A stretch of 64,000 nt of DNA from Candidatus Latescibacterota bacterium. GTDB taxonomy: Bacteria > Latescibacterota > UBA2968 > UBA8231. Each line of letters begins with the position of its first letter. Position 1 is the stretch's first letter. Made by a program: the position numbers and the translations under genes. The DNA is taken from assembly GCA_965203355.1 (NCBI GenBank), contig OZ241889.1, positions 3,936,001 through 4,000,000 on the forward strand, written 5' to 3'. This document shows positions 1 through 9,882 of the stretch, in pieces. Under the pieces are notes generated by a model, which saw only the letters and a list, made by a program, of their open reading frames with translations, was not told the origin of the DNA and made no database searches.

Positions 1-60
1 CTTCTAACTGGTCGTCGTCCGGCTCGCGGGTCGTAATGCGCTGTAGCCACAGCCCTGGGC
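1..60 (-). pseudogene. C-terminal fragment of DUF1385-family gene (runs off window edge)
   Basis: Minus strand reads PGLWLQRITTREPDDDQLE, the characteristic DUF1385 C-terminal motif. It is separated from its N-terminal part at 774-983. Confidence 0.75.
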
Positions 61-120
61 ACTCGCCATCTATCTCATTGCAAGAGAATGGCTCAAGCGT
101 ACGTTGAAAGATTTTGTCAG

Positions 121-756
121 TCATTCATCAACACGCTCATAATAGGCGTAATCGAACACTTTATGAAGATCAGCGTTACTAGAAGTATTAGATACCCACT
201 CTATAGCAAGCGAGTTATCAAACATCACTACCCCATTATCCCAAGACAGCAACCACCGCCACGCCTCATCATGCCGGTACTTTTCCCTTATTTCATCCCA
301 ATGTCGGTCATAGCTTACAGTGTGTTTGAATAACCAAACTCCGTATCCTGCGTATCCTCTATACACACCTATTTTACCTTTTCTCTCTCTGAGAGGTCTG
401 GTTGGATCATACTCATCAGGATCATACTCATCAGATGGAGTATAGAATGAAAGCAGTGTGTAGTTATAATACATCGTACCCGTATCGCCCACCGGCCTAG
501 GATCATTTGCGAGCTCTATCCACAATGTGTCTTGGGTTGATATTAATACCTCATTACCAAAATGAACCCAATGCCTACCCTCCCCTGACCATGTACCCGC
601 AATGTCCAAAGTCGGTGTTAGGCATTGTTCAACCTCAACCTTGATCTCAATAGGCATGTCTTCACTGAGCTTGACTGTGCCGGGCGAGGTAGGACTATCT
701 GCGTTGCACCCCAATAAGAGAATGAAAGCGGCAAGAGCTACGGTTGCTTTGTGCAT
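121..756 (-). CDS. Hypothetical lipoprotein, AT-richer insert
   Basis: 211-aa ORF with lipobox LLGC, strong RBS AAGGAGGG and a 15-bp tandem duplication (DEYDP x2, 404-433). Confidence 0.75.
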   Translation of the reverse strand: MHKATVALAAFILLLGCNADSPTSPGTVKLSEDMPIEIKVEVEQCLTPTLDIAGTWSGEGRHWVHFGNEVLISTQDTLWIELANDPRPVGDTGTMYYNYTLLSFYTPSDEYDPDEYDPTRPLRERKGKIGVYRGYAGYGVWLFKHTVSYDRHWDEIREKYRHDEAWRWLLSWDNGVVMFDNSLAIEWVSNTSSNADLHKVFDYAYYERVDE

Positions 757-983
757 TATGAATCCCTCCTTATTTCAAAAAAAGATAGGGCGCCGCGCAA
801 TACGGGTAGCCCCAACAGGCGATAGCGCTGGGTTAGGGAATCGTACGCTTTCTCGCGCACCACGATCTGGCGGTCAGCCGCCCGCACGGCAGTGACGATT
901 TTGCCGGGTACGCGCATCATCACCCCTTCGATGACGGCTTGGCCACCGACGGGTAGATCTTGCGTGAGTTGCTCTCTGTCCAT
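756..983 (-). pseudogene. N-terminal fragment of DUF1385-family gene
   Basis: VGGQAVIEGVMMR...LPVLRGALSFFE is the DUF1385 N-terminus. It stops after ~75 aa and sits at the usual position downstream of rpmE. Confidence 0.8.
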
Positions 984-1060
984 GGACTCGCGTACACGAA
1001 AAAGGCGATACGAACACCCTCGGGAGGGCGTCCTACCACCTTTTCGCACAAAATGGGTTA

Positions 1061-1318
1061 CTAGGCTTGCGCGCTTTTGCCGTAGCGGCGATTGAACTGG
1101 TCGATGCGCCCGCCGCGGTCCATGATCTGCTGGCGCTTACCGGTGTAGAAAGGATGCGACGCCGAGCTGATTTCGACCCGAATTACCGGATAGGAATTCC
1201 CATCTTCCCACTCCATCGTCTCTTCGGACCTCATCGTAGAACGCGACAGTATCTTGTAGTCGCAGCTAGTGTCGAGAAAGATAACCGTTTGATACTCGGG
1301 ATGGATGTCTTTTTGCAC
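1061..1318 (-). CDS. rpmE2: 50S ribosomal protein L31 type B
   Basis: KDIHPEY...[13 protein letters not shown]...[11 protein letters not shown] motifs, no CxxC pairs, GTG start with AGGAG RBS. Confidence 0.93.
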   Translation of the reverse strand: MQKDIHPEYQTVIFLDTSCDYKILSRSTMRSEETMEWEDGNSYPVIRVEISSASHPFYTGKRQQIMDRGGRIDQFNRRYGKSAQA

Positions 1319-1402
1319 CTTCACACTCCTCTGCTTTTGGGGATTGAAATTCGGCTGTCGAGTCAATAAAAATAGAGGCTTGAGACTCAAAAGACAAGGT
1401 GA

Positions 1403-2677
1403 CTAGTCGTTCATGGCCTTGAGGAATTCCTCGTTGGATTCCGTGCCCTGCATGCGCTCTTGGAGGAACTCCATGCCCTCAACGACACCCATCTGATTGA
1501 GTATGCGGCGCAGGACCCACGAGCGGTTCAATTCAAACTCCGTCAGCAGCAACTCTTCCTTGCGGGTGCTCGTCGCCGTCACATCAATGGCCGGATAGAC
1601 GCGGCGGTTGCTCAATCGGCGATCTAGCTGCACCTGCATGTTACCCGTGCCTTTGAACTCTTCAAAGATCACTTCGTCCATGCGGCTCCCGGTCTCTACT
1701 AGGGCCGTAGCGACAATCGTCAGGCTACCGCCTTCTTCGAGATTGCGCGCGGCGGCAAAAAAGCGGCGCGGCCACTGCAAAGCTGTCGAGTCAACGCCAC
1801 CAGTGAGGATCCGTCCCGAGTGCGGCGTCACTGTATTGTAGGCCCGTGCCAAGCGCGTGATGCTATCGAGCAGAATGACCACATCCCGCTTGTGTTCAAC
1901 TAGACGCCGAGCCTTCTCGATCACCATATCCGCCACCTGCACGTGCCGCGTAGCCGACTCATCAAAGGTCGAGCTAACGACTTCGCCCTGCACCGAACGC
2001 AGCATATCGGTAACTTCCTCGGGGCGCTCGTCAATGAGTAAGACGATGAGAACCGCTTCGGGATGATTAGTTGTGATGGCGTTGGCAACCTTTTGCAACA
2101 GCATGGTTTTGCCAGTGAAGGGTGGCGCGACGATTAGGCCACGCTGCCCTTTGCCGATGGGCGAGAGCAAGTCGAGAATCCGCGTCGTCATGTCTTTGGG
2201 ATTGTGCTCTAACTTGAAGCGATCCGTGGGATGTAAGGCCGTCAGGTTTTCGAAGATCGTCTTGTTCTTGGTGACTTCTGGATCGTCAAAGTTGATTGCC
2301 TCGACTCTCAGCAGCGCAAAGTACTTCTCGTCGTTTTTCGGCGGCCGGATCTGGCCGGAAATAGTATCGCCCGTGCGCAGGCTAAATCGCTTAATCTGCG
2401 AATGAGAAACGTAAATGTCGTCGGGACCAGGTAAGTAGTTGTAGCTCGGCGAGCGGAGAAAGCCGAACCCCTCGTCCAGCACCTCCAAAGTACCTTGAGC
2501 AAAGATCAGCCCACTGCGCTCGGTCTGGTGCTTAAGGATAGAGAAGATCAACTCCTGCTTGCGCAAAGAGGTGCAATCTACAACCTCCAACTTCTTGGCC
2601 AGCTCTTGGAGATCCAAGATGTTCATGCGCTGGAGTTCGACAATGTTCATTTTCTGCGTTCTATTGAGGGGTGGCAT
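1403..2677 (-). CDS. rho: Transcription termination factor Rho
   Basis: [36 protein letters not shown] and FEEFKGTGN motifs; start 2677 or 2650. Confidence 0.98.
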   Translation of the reverse strand: MPPLNRTQKMNIVELQRMNILDLQELAKKLEVVDCTSLRKQELIFSILKHQTERSGLIFAQGTLEVLDEGFGFLRSPSYNYLPGPDDIYVSHSQIKRFSLRTGDTISGQIRPPKNDEKYFALLRVEAINFDDPEVTKNKTIFENLTALHPTDRFKLEHNPKDMTTRILDLLSPIGKGQRGLIVAPPFTGKTMLLQKVANAITTNHPEAVLIVLLIDERPEEVTDMLRSVQGEVVSSTFDESATRHVQVADMVIEKARRLVEHKRDVVILLDSITRLARAYNTVTPHSGRILTGGVDSTALQWPRRFFAAARNLEEGGSLTIVATALVETGSRMDEVIFEEFKGTGNMQVQLDRRLSNRRVYPAIDVTATSTRKEELLLTEFELNRSWVLRRILNQMGVVEGMEFLQERMQGTESNEEFLKAMND

Positions 2678-2947
2678 CTCTTCCTTGCAACCTTTCTTGC
2701 GGTTAGAGTGCAGGATCACAAAGGGAATATTCGAGTGCCCTACGGCACTGCAAGCACCTATGAGCTATTACGAGCATTGGAGTACATGTGGTAGTACTGT
2801 TAAAATACTAAAAACCTACCTAAGGTATGCCGTACCTTGGTAAAATTCTTTAACAACTGCAGGAGGTCTATCGCGAAGAATTTTTAAATAGGGGGGTGGA
2901 ATTTCAAGCGGAATAAACCGCTGAGGTATTTAACTAACAGAGCTTAA

Positions 2948-2976
2948 AGCATACAGATAATATCTTTATTTGTCAA
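2948..2976 (-). promoter_or_regulatory. Sigma70-type promoter for rho
   Basis: TTGACA-17 nt-TATGCT on the minus strand. Confidence 0.7.
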
Positions 2977-2996
2977 GACGTGCTATACAAAAGACA

Positions 2997-3025
2997 AGGA
3001 CGCCTGCTCATCAAGCAGGCGTCCT
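2997..3025 (-). terminator. Intrinsic terminator after the FN3/dockerin-like gene pair
   Basis: 12-bp stem aggacgcctgct/agcaggcgtcct followed by a U-rich run on the minus strand. Confidence 0.65.
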
Positions 3026-3054
3026 ATCTCTGCAACTTGCAACTTCTCGTGCCC

Positions 3055-3738
3055 TTATTGCTCTGCGCCAACAGCCATCGCCATCCGAGCTACATCCTCA
3101 TTGGAAGCAAAAGGGGCGACAACGCCCGTTTCGTTGTCGCCGTCAAAGGCTCTTACGTCATAGACATAGGAGGCCCCGCTGACGACGTCATTATCGACAA
3201 ATTCGGAGATGCCCGGCCCCAGCGTGGCAACCAGCCTTTCGCTGCCCTGTTCCTGAGTTACGGCCTTGCCGAAATCATCGGCGAAGCGCAGAAAATCATC
3301 GACATCAATTTGGCCATTGGGGACTATATCGAAGAACAACTCAAAATCCCCATCAGCGTCAGAAGAGCCGAAGCGATCAGCTAAGAGAAAGAAGTCGTCG
3401 AAGTCAACCTTAGCTCCCTCGCGCGTGAACCAGCCGAGGACTATATGGCCGCTATCGTCCACGGGTGGAAAATAATCCGTGCGATACACGCGATAACCGT
3501 GTACGTCTCCCGTAGGCACCACTTGGCCCCCAAAGGTCGTAAACGAACGAGCATCATCTGCCGATAGCGTCCAAGAAAGCGACACGGAGGAAGCATCACT
3601 ATCTGCGGCTTGTAGGTTAGTCACAGGTGCAGGAGGAATATTATCGACAGAAGCTACGGACTCAGAAGTAGTTAGCTGAGCGGCTGCGGGAACAGCGCAA
3701 AAAGCAGCTAGCGCGACGATGCGAATATATCCTTTCAT
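3055..3738 (-). CDS. Secreted FN3-like protein with internal dockerin/EF-hand-like domain
   Basis: Signal peptide; PAPVTNLQA..VSLSW..GYRVYR..FVD..Y.Y.VRAFD FN3 pattern; VDFDDFFLLADRFG and IDVDDFLRFADDFG repeats; RBS AAGGAG before 3738. Confidence 0.75.
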   Translation of the reverse strand: MKGYIRIVALAAFCAVPAAAQLTTSESVASVDNIPPAPVTNLQAADSDASSVSLSWTLSADDARSFTTFGGQVVPTGDVHGYRVYRTDYFPPVDDSGHIVLGWFTREGAKVDFDDFFLLADRFGSSDADGDFELFFDIVPNGQIDVDDFLRFADDFGKAVTQEQGSERLVATLGPGISEFVDNDVVSGASYVYDVRAFDGDNETGVVAPFASNEDVARMAMAVGAEQ

Positions 3739-3788
3739 CGAACTATACTCCTTGTGAAAAGATGAAATACACAACCATATTGCGGCCG

Positions 3789-4454
3789 TCACTGATACAA
3801 CTTGGCACCGAGGTTATCGGCCCAAAGGAAAAAGTCATCGAGATCAACCATGCCATTGCCATCAATATCTGTGGCTGGATCGAATTCGGCTTGGCCAAAG
3901 TTGGTTTGAAAAATGCCGTAGTCTAAAAGGTCTACATCGCCATCGTAGTCAAAGTCGCCAAGGAGCAACATGTTCCTGACTTCGGCAGACTCGATCGGGG
4001 CACTCTCATTGCCGCTTTCATCGACAACCGAGACCATATAGAAGTACCGTCTGCTTCCCCTGCTCACGTCGATCGAGACATCGACCAAGGACGTCACGCC
4101 GGGACCAACGGTGCCGACGATTGCCAATCCGTCGGAACCATCGGCGAGACGACGCCATATATTGTAACCAGCCACATCGTTGACGTTGGCAAAGGTGCCG
4201 CCCGTCGTAAAGTCGCTGCTCGTCGGGACCTGGCGCACAACATCGTCAACAGATATATCCCAAGAGACGGTGATGCTCCTTCCACCTTCGTTGAACTCAG
4301 CCTGTACTCCGTCAACCGGACTCGGTGCAAGGTCGTCGGTATCCGCTGCTGACTCAGAAACCGTCACCTGTGCTGCCGCCGGACTCGCGCCCAGAAAAAT
4401 GCCGAGTCCCAACAAGGCCAGACTCGCGATAGCTCCCTTTATGCCTTTCGACAT
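3789..4454 (-). CDS. Secreted FN3-like protein with C-terminal dockerin/EF-hand-like domain
   Basis: Signal peptide; FN3 pattern ending VDESGNES; GDFDYDGDVDLLDY and DIDGNGMVDLDDFFLWADNLG. Confidence 0.78.
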   Translation of the reverse strand: MSKGIKGAIASLALLGLGIFLGASPAAAQVTVSESAADTDDLAPSPVDGVQAEFNEGGRSITVSWDISVDDVVRQVPTSSDFTTGGTFANVNDVAGYNIWRRLADGSDGLAIVGTVGPGVTSLVDVSIDVSRGSRRYFYMVSVVDESGNESAPIESAEVRNMLLLGDFDYDGDVDLLDYGIFQTNFGQAEFDPATDIDGNGMVDLDDFFLWADNLGAKLYQ

Positions 4455-4601
4455 ATCTGATTCCTCCTCTGAATGCTCAATGGGTCAAATTCTGATTTAG
4501 CCCCAGCAAGGCCATGAATAAGTGTTTAACTTATTAATAATACCAACAGTTCGCTGTAAACTCAAGGAATTAACGCAAATTAGCGTCGCTAATTGACTTT
4601 C

Positions 4602-4630
4602 TTGACCTAGTTAATGGGCCACCATATCTT
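4602..4630 (+). promoter_or_regulatory. Sigma70-type promoter for dnaG
   Basis: TTGACC-17 nt-TATCTT upstream of the dnaG ATG. Confidence 0.5.
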
Positions 4631-4674
4631 GCTCAATGGCACTGTTAATATAAAGAAACCCCCCCCTGCTAGCA

Positions 4675-6465
4675 ATGCCACACAACTATGAAGCAGAAGC
4701 CATTCGCGACCGCATCCGCGACGCTACCGACATCGTCGATTTAGTCTCCGAACACGTCCAGCTCACTAAGAAGGGTCGCAATTTTTCGGGCCTCTGCCCA
4801 TTTCACGAAGAGAAGACCCCTTCCTTTAGCGTCAATCCCGACCGCCAATTCTACCACTGCTTCGGCTGCGGCGGCGGCGGCGATGTCTTCAAGTTCATCC
4901 AAGATATCGACCGCGTTACTTTTGTCGAAGCGCTCAAATTCCTCGCCGATCGCGCCGGTATCGCCCTGCCCGAGCGTTCGGGATCATCGCGCGAAGAAGT
5001 CGAAGCCGCTGATGAACTCTACCGAGCCAACGACCTAGCGCAAAAGTACTTTCACCATCTGCTGCTCAACGACGATGTTGGCACCAATGCCCGCACGTAT
5101 TTGCAAGCACGCCGCCTCACAGACGAAACCATCGCACGCTTCGGCTTGGGCTACGCGCCGCCGGAGTGGGACGCCTTGCTCAAAGTAGCCGGTCGCCGCG
5201 ACCTGAGTCCCCAAACCTTGGAGCGCGCCGGATTGGCTCTGCCGCGCTCCACAGGCAGCGGGCACTACGATCGCTTTCGCGACCGAGTCGCTTTTCCCAT
5301 TGCCAATCTCTCGGATCGGACCATTGCCTTCGGTGCGCGCACACTCCAGCCTGACCAAGAGCCTAAATACCTGAACTCGCCCGAAACGACCATCTACCAC
5401 AAGGGCCGGGTGCTCTATGGGTTATCCATTTCCCGCGATGCCATCCGCCGCCAAGATGCGGTACTAGTCGTCGAAGGCTACATGGATCTCATCAGTCTAG
5501 CGCAGGCTGGCATCCAGCACGTAGTCGCCACCTCCGGCACAGCCCTAACCGAAGACCACGGCCGCTTGTTGGCTCGCTTTGCCCGCCAAGTCGTGCTGCT
5601 GTTTGACGGCGACGCAGCCGGCTCCACGGCCGCCATGCGCGGCCTTGAAGTTCTCCTAGGCACGGGTATAGACGCCCGCGTCGTTTCGCTGCCCGCTGAG
5701 CACGATCCCGACAGCTTCGTACAAAAGCACGGGCCGGACGCGCTGCTCAAACGAGCCGAAAATGCCCAGTCGGTTCTCGATTTCTACCTCGAACAACTCG
5801 CGCAGCAGCACGATCTCTCCAGCATCGAAGGCAAAGCGCGCGCTATCGCAAGGCTCAAACCCCTCCTAGCCAAGCCCCAAGATGCGGTCCGCCGCGACCT
5901 GCTACTGCGCGAAGTCGCCGGGCGCCTCTCGGTTGACGAACAATCCCTGCGCCACGACCTGCAAGCCTCCATGCGCCGTCCCCAACAATCGCGCAAGGCA
6001 GTTGCCGAGTTATCCCCGACAGCCACGCCCGATCCACCGCGCCACGAGCTCGAATTCGTAGGGCTGTTGCTCAACTTCCCGCAACTCATACCCGAAACGG
6101 TTCGAGAATTCGCCCCCGACTCGCTCAGCGACGCCCGCTCTCAAGCCCTGTGCCGCATCCTCTTCGACCACCATGCTCAAGGCAAAGCCATCACCCCTGC
6201 CGCGATCATCGGTGCGGTACAAGACGACGCACTCGCACGCCTAGTCGCTCAATGCGCGGCCCAAGGTTTCGACGAGGAACAAGTCGAGCGACAAGGGCGC
6301 GACTATTTGCTTTACTTTCAGAAAAATGCGCTGCAAAGGCGCATCGACAGCGCACGGCAGGCTCTGGCTGCGGCATCCGACGACGGCGAAATTGCACGCA
6401 TCAGCGCCGAACTGGTCGCGCTCAACCAAGAGCGCCAAGCGGTCGCGGCCGAACAAAGCTCTTGA
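4675..6465 (+). CDS. dnaG: DNA primase
   Basis: CPFH..EKTPSF..CFGC zinc finger, KYLNSPET, VEGYMD and FDGDAAG TOPRIM motifs. Confidence 0.98.
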   Translation: MPHNYEAEAIRDRIRDATDIVDLVSEHVQLTKKGRNFSGLCPFHEEKTPSFSVNPDRQFYHCFGCGGGGDVFKFIQDIDRVTFVEALKFLADRAGIALPERSGSSREEVEAADELYRANDLAQKYFHHLLLNDDVGTNARTYLQARRLTDETIARFGLGYAPPEWDALLKVAGRRDLSPQTLERAGLALPRSTGSGHYDRFRDRVAFPIANLSDRTIAFGARTLQPDQEPKYLNSPETTIYHKGRVLYGLSISRDAIRRQDAVLVVEGYMDLISLAQAGIQHVVATSGTALTEDHGRLLARFARQVVLLFDGDAAGSTAAMRGLEVLLGTGIDARVVSLPAEHDPDSFVQKHGPDALLKRAENAQSVLDFYLEQLAQQHDLSSIEGKARAIARLKPLLAKPQDAVRRDLLLREVAGRLSVDEQSLRHDLQASMRRPQQSRKAVAELSPTATPDPPRHELEFVGLLLNFPQLIPETVREFAPDSLSDARSQALCRILFDHHAQGKAITPAAIIGAVQDDALARLVAQCAAQGFDEEQVERQGRDYLLYFQKNALQRRIDSARQALAAASDDGEIARISAELVALNQERQAVAAEQSS

Positions 6466-6505
6466 CCGGCTCGGGAAAAATCCTAGGTTTTTAGCTAACT
6501 TACAT

Positions 6506-6582
<77 letters not shown>

Positions 6583-6645
6583 TTACTTTTTCCACACGCG
6601 CGGTTACGATGATTGGGACGCCAATTTTTGTAGCCGTTTTTTCTT

Positions 6646-8826
6646 ATGCAGAGCGTTATAGCCGTCCTGCTATGGGCCACAGCTAGCTGGGGGCAGGTGG
6701 ACGCCGACGTAGATCGCGGGGATTCGCGTTTTATGGCGACGGTGTTGGCCCGCCTCGCCCAACGGGCCGATCCCATTGCCAACATCTATCTGAACCAAGC
6801 CCGCGTCGAAGGCCTTAGTTCCTTGTTGGGGCAACCAATGAGCGCGGGCAAGCGGCTGAACATGCGCCTGCACATTGCCCAAGAGCGGGTGCGGGCCGGG
6901 GATTTGCACACGGGCATCGAAGAAATGCAAAGTGTGCTGGCAGCCGTAAAAGCCGGGCAGGTGCCGGCGACCGAGGGATTCGTCTATATGCTGCATGACC
7001 AACTCGCCATCGCCTATCTGCGCCTTGGCGAGCAAGAAAACTGCCTGCTCAACCACACCACGGATTCCTGCTTGCTGCCGATCCGCGGCGACGGCATCCA
7101 CCGTTTGCAGGAAGGCTCCCGCCGCGCCATTGAGCACTACACCATAAACTTGAACAAACGCCCAAGCGATCTGGGAACGCGCTGGCTGTTGAACTTGGCG
7201 TACATGACCTTGGGTGAATACCCGGAAGGAGTGCCAGAACCTTGGTGCATTCCCCCGCACGTATTCGACGGCCACGGCGGCGGGATCCAACGCTTTCGCG
7301 ACGTGGCACCGGTGGCCGGAGTCGCGGCTGTGGGCCTGGCGGGCGGCAGCGCGGTCGAGGACTTCAACGGCGACGGTCTGCTAGACATTGCGGTTTCTTC
7401 GTGGGGACTGCGCGATCCACTGCGCTACTTCCGCAACGAGGGCGATGGCACCTTTACCGAGGCCACGACAGCGGCCGGGCTGGCCGGGCAAATCGGGGGG
7501 ATCAACCTCGAACAGGCCGACTACGACAACGACGGCGATGTCGACCTGCTCGTTTTGCGCGGTGCTTGGATGGGGGAAGAGGGCCGCATGCCTAACTCTC
7601 TGTTGCGCAACAACGGCGACGGCGCCTTTGTGGACGTGACGCGGCGCGCTGGCTTGTTCTCCTTGCACCCGACCCACGCAGCAGCCTTTGCCGACTACGA
7701 CAACGACGGCTGGTTGGATCTGTTTGTTGGCAACGAGTCCGGCAAGCGGCCCCATCCATGCCAGTTGTTTCGCAATCAAGGGGACGGTGCGTTTGTCGAT
7801 GTGGCTCCCGCAGTCGGCGTCGCTCACGTGGGCTTTGTGAAGGGCGTTGCTTGGGGCGATATAGACAACGACGGCCTGATTGACCTATACGTATCTCAGT
7901 TCTACCGAGAAAATGTCCTCTACCGCAATCTCGGCGACCGCTTTGCCGCCGAGATCGTCGCTCCGGGGCCAAACGAGAGCTTTCCCACTTGGTTTTGGGA
8001 CTATGACAACGATGGCTGGCTCGACTTGTTCGCCGGTGGCTACAACATGGACGACCTCGGAGACATGGCGCGTGCATACCTCGGCGAAGAATTTGCCGCC
8101 GATCGCGCCCAAGTGTATCGCAACAACGGCGACGACACCTTCACCGAAGTCACCGAAGTACTGGGCAGTTTCGGCCAAGTTATCCTAGCTATGGGTGCCA
8201 ACTACGGCGACTTAGACAACGATGGGTTCCCCGACTGCTACGTCGGCACTGGGATCCCCGATCTGCGTGCGCTCACGCCCAACCGCATGTTGCGCAACGA
8301 CGGGGGGGTGCGGTTTTTGGACGTCACCACCACAGGCGGTTTCGGCAACGTGCAGAAAGGGCACGGAGTGTCCTTTGCCGACTTCGACAATGACGGGGAC
8401 CAAGACGTCTTCGAGGTCATGGGCGGTGCTTTTGAAGGCGACCTCTATCAGAACGTGCTCTACGAAAATCCCGGACACGGCAATCGCTGGCTGCGGTTGT
8501 TTCCCCAAGGCGTACAGTCGAACCGAGGTGCTATTGGCGGCCGCGTCCGGGTGCGCGTGCGGCGACCAGACGGCAGCACCCGCGACATCCACCACCTCAT
8601 CGGCTCGGGCGGCAGCTTTGGGGCCAACCCGCTCACACCGCACCTCGGGCTGGGGGACGCTGTTGCAGTGGAGTTTGTGGAAATCACTTGGCCAGCGACC
8701 TATCAGACGCAGCGCTGGACAGGGCTGAAGCTCGACCGCGCGTACCGCCTGCGCGAGGACCACTCGTTGGCAACGGAAGTAGCTCTACCGAAATTCCACT
8801 TTGCCACCGGGCACAACGGACATTGA
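6646..8826 (+). CDS. CRTAC1-family FG-GAP/VCBS repeat protein with ASPIC/UnbV domain
   Basis: Multiple DYDNDGxxDL repeats, KGHGVSFADFDNDGDQD, C-terminal SNRGAIGGRV...HLGLG...VEITWP. Confidence 0.9.
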   Translation: MQSVIAVLLWATASWGQVDADVDRGDSRFMATVLARLAQRADPIANIYLNQARVEGLSSLLGQPMSAGKRLNMRLHIAQERVRAGDLHTGIEEMQSVLAAVKAGQVPATEGFVYMLHDQLAIAYLRLGEQENCLLNHTTDSCLLPIRGDGIHRLQEGSRRAIEHYTINLNKRPSDLGTRWLLNLAYMTLGEYPEGVPEPWCIPPHVFDGHGGGIQRFRDVAPVAGVAAVGLAGGSAVEDFNGDGLLDIAVSSWGLRDPLRYFRNEGDGTFTEATTAAGLAGQIGGINLEQADYDNDGDVDLLVLRGAWMGEEGRMPNSLLRNNGDGAFVDVTRRAGLFSLHPTHAAAFADYDNDGWLDLFVGNESGKRPHPCQLFRNQGDGAFVDVAPAVGVAHVGFVKGVAWGDIDNDGLIDLYVSQFYRENVLYRNLGDRFAAEIVAPGPNESFPTWFWDYDNDGWLDLFAGGYNMDDLGDMARAYLGEEFAADRAQVYRNNGDDTFTEVTEVLGSFGQVILAMGANYGDLDNDGFPDCYVGTGIPDLRALTPNRMLRNDGGVRFLDVTTTGGFGNVQKGHGVSFADFDNDGDQDVFEVMGGAFEGDLYQNVLYENPGHGNRWLRLFPQGVQSNRGAIGGRVRVRVRRPDGSTRDIHHLIGSGGSFGANPLTPHLGLGDAVAVEFVEITWPATYQTQRWTGLKLDRAYRLREDHSLATEVALPKFHFATGHNGH

Positions 8827-8865
8827 CTCAGCAACCATTGGCGGCTAATTTTAGAAAACGCTCTT

Positions 8866-8942
8866 GGGCGATTAGCTCAGTTGGTTAGAGCGCCGGTCTC
8901 ACATACCGGAGGTCCGCAGTTCAAATCTGCGATTGCCCACCA
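8866..8942 (+). tRNA. tRNA-Val (CAC)
   Basis: Cloverleaf, anticodon arm ccggt-CTCACAT-accgg, CCA end. Confidence 0.93.
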
Positions 8943-8995
8943 TCGTCACAGGCCGTGCGAAGCGCATCTCAGCTTCCACGGCTTTTTTTAGCAAT

Positions 8996-9027
8996 AAAAG
9001 GCACCTACCCGCAAGTAGGTGCCTTTT
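8996..9027. terminator. Bidirectional intrinsic terminator
   Basis: aaaaggcacctac-loop-gtaggtgcctttt between convergent tRNA-Val and the lamin-tail gene. Confidence 0.75.
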
Positions 9028-9042
9028 GTTCTACAATCCGCG

Positions 9043-9717
9043 CTATGGATATAGATGCTCTTTTACCAAGGCCCAAGGCATCGGTAAAATGTTCGTTCCC
9101 ATGACGGGTTCGGGCGCTTCCCCTCCTTCCGGGAGCAGGTACGCAGGAATGGATCCTGGCGTCCCCCTTTCGCTGGCACCTACATCCCAGCCGCTTTGTT
9201 CGGTTGCCGTTGCCCAGCTTTCGGGCTGGTCGCCGGGCTGGTCAAAGGCGATGCGGACCATAGCACTTTTGCTAGCCGCGTCGCCAGCGAAAGGAGCTCC
9301 GCGGCCATCGTCAGCCACGTCAATGAGTTGGCCGCCAGCTTGCGGATCGCCATCGTATAGCTGTAAGAACAGCTTGGTATTGGGCAGCGAAACGGCGGCG
9401 TCAACGCGCTGCGGCTCAACGGCGAGGAGGGAGCTTTTGTGATCGGCAGCGTAGTTAGCGATGAGAAAAGCCTGTCCGGCGGGGATCGCAGCAGCGTCGA
9501 GCACAAACATCACCTTGTCCTCGTCGCCGCTGCGGTAGGTCAAAGTCCAGCCAGCCAGATCGATCGCCGCCGCGCTGGTGTTGTAGAGTTCGATCCACTC
9601 GTCGGCAGTAGATGCCGTACTACCGGACCACATCAACTCGGATATGACGACCGGCCCGGGTTGGGCCGCAACAGGTGCGGCGAAAGCAAAAAAGATAAGG
9701 ACAATAACAGGACGCAT
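9043..9717 (-). CDS. Secreted lamin-tail-domain protein
   Basis: Signal peptide; VVISELMW..DEWIELYN..IDLAGWTL; GTPG; C-terminal TNILPMPWALVK; RBS GGAGG. Confidence 0.85.
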   Translation of the reverse strand: MRPVIVLIFFAFAAPVAAQPGPVVISELMWSGSTASTADEWIELYNTSAAAIDLAGWTLTYRSGDEDKVMFVLDAAAIPAGQAFLIANYAADHKSSLLAVEPQRVDAAVSLPNTKLFLQLYDGDPQAGGQLIDVADDGRGAPFAGDAASKSAMVRIAFDQPGDQPESWATATEQSGWDVGASERGTPGSIPAYLLPEGGEAPEPVMGTNILPMPWALVKEHLYP

Positions 9718-9882
9718 GGCAACCTCCATGTTGGGGTGAGATGGCAATTACCATGCGCTTAGTGCAATATGCGTACCTCGGTTTATTATTTTTTATAATA
9801 TATTGTAAAATATACAAATACAGAATTCACATGGCGCGTCTTATCCGTGTTCAGTGCATCTATTTGGCAACACTCCTGACAC

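Noticed and set aside
61-120. Integron attC site after the lipoprotein cassette
   Set aside because: Only a weak hairpin; no RYYYAAC/GTTRRRY box pair and no intI in the window
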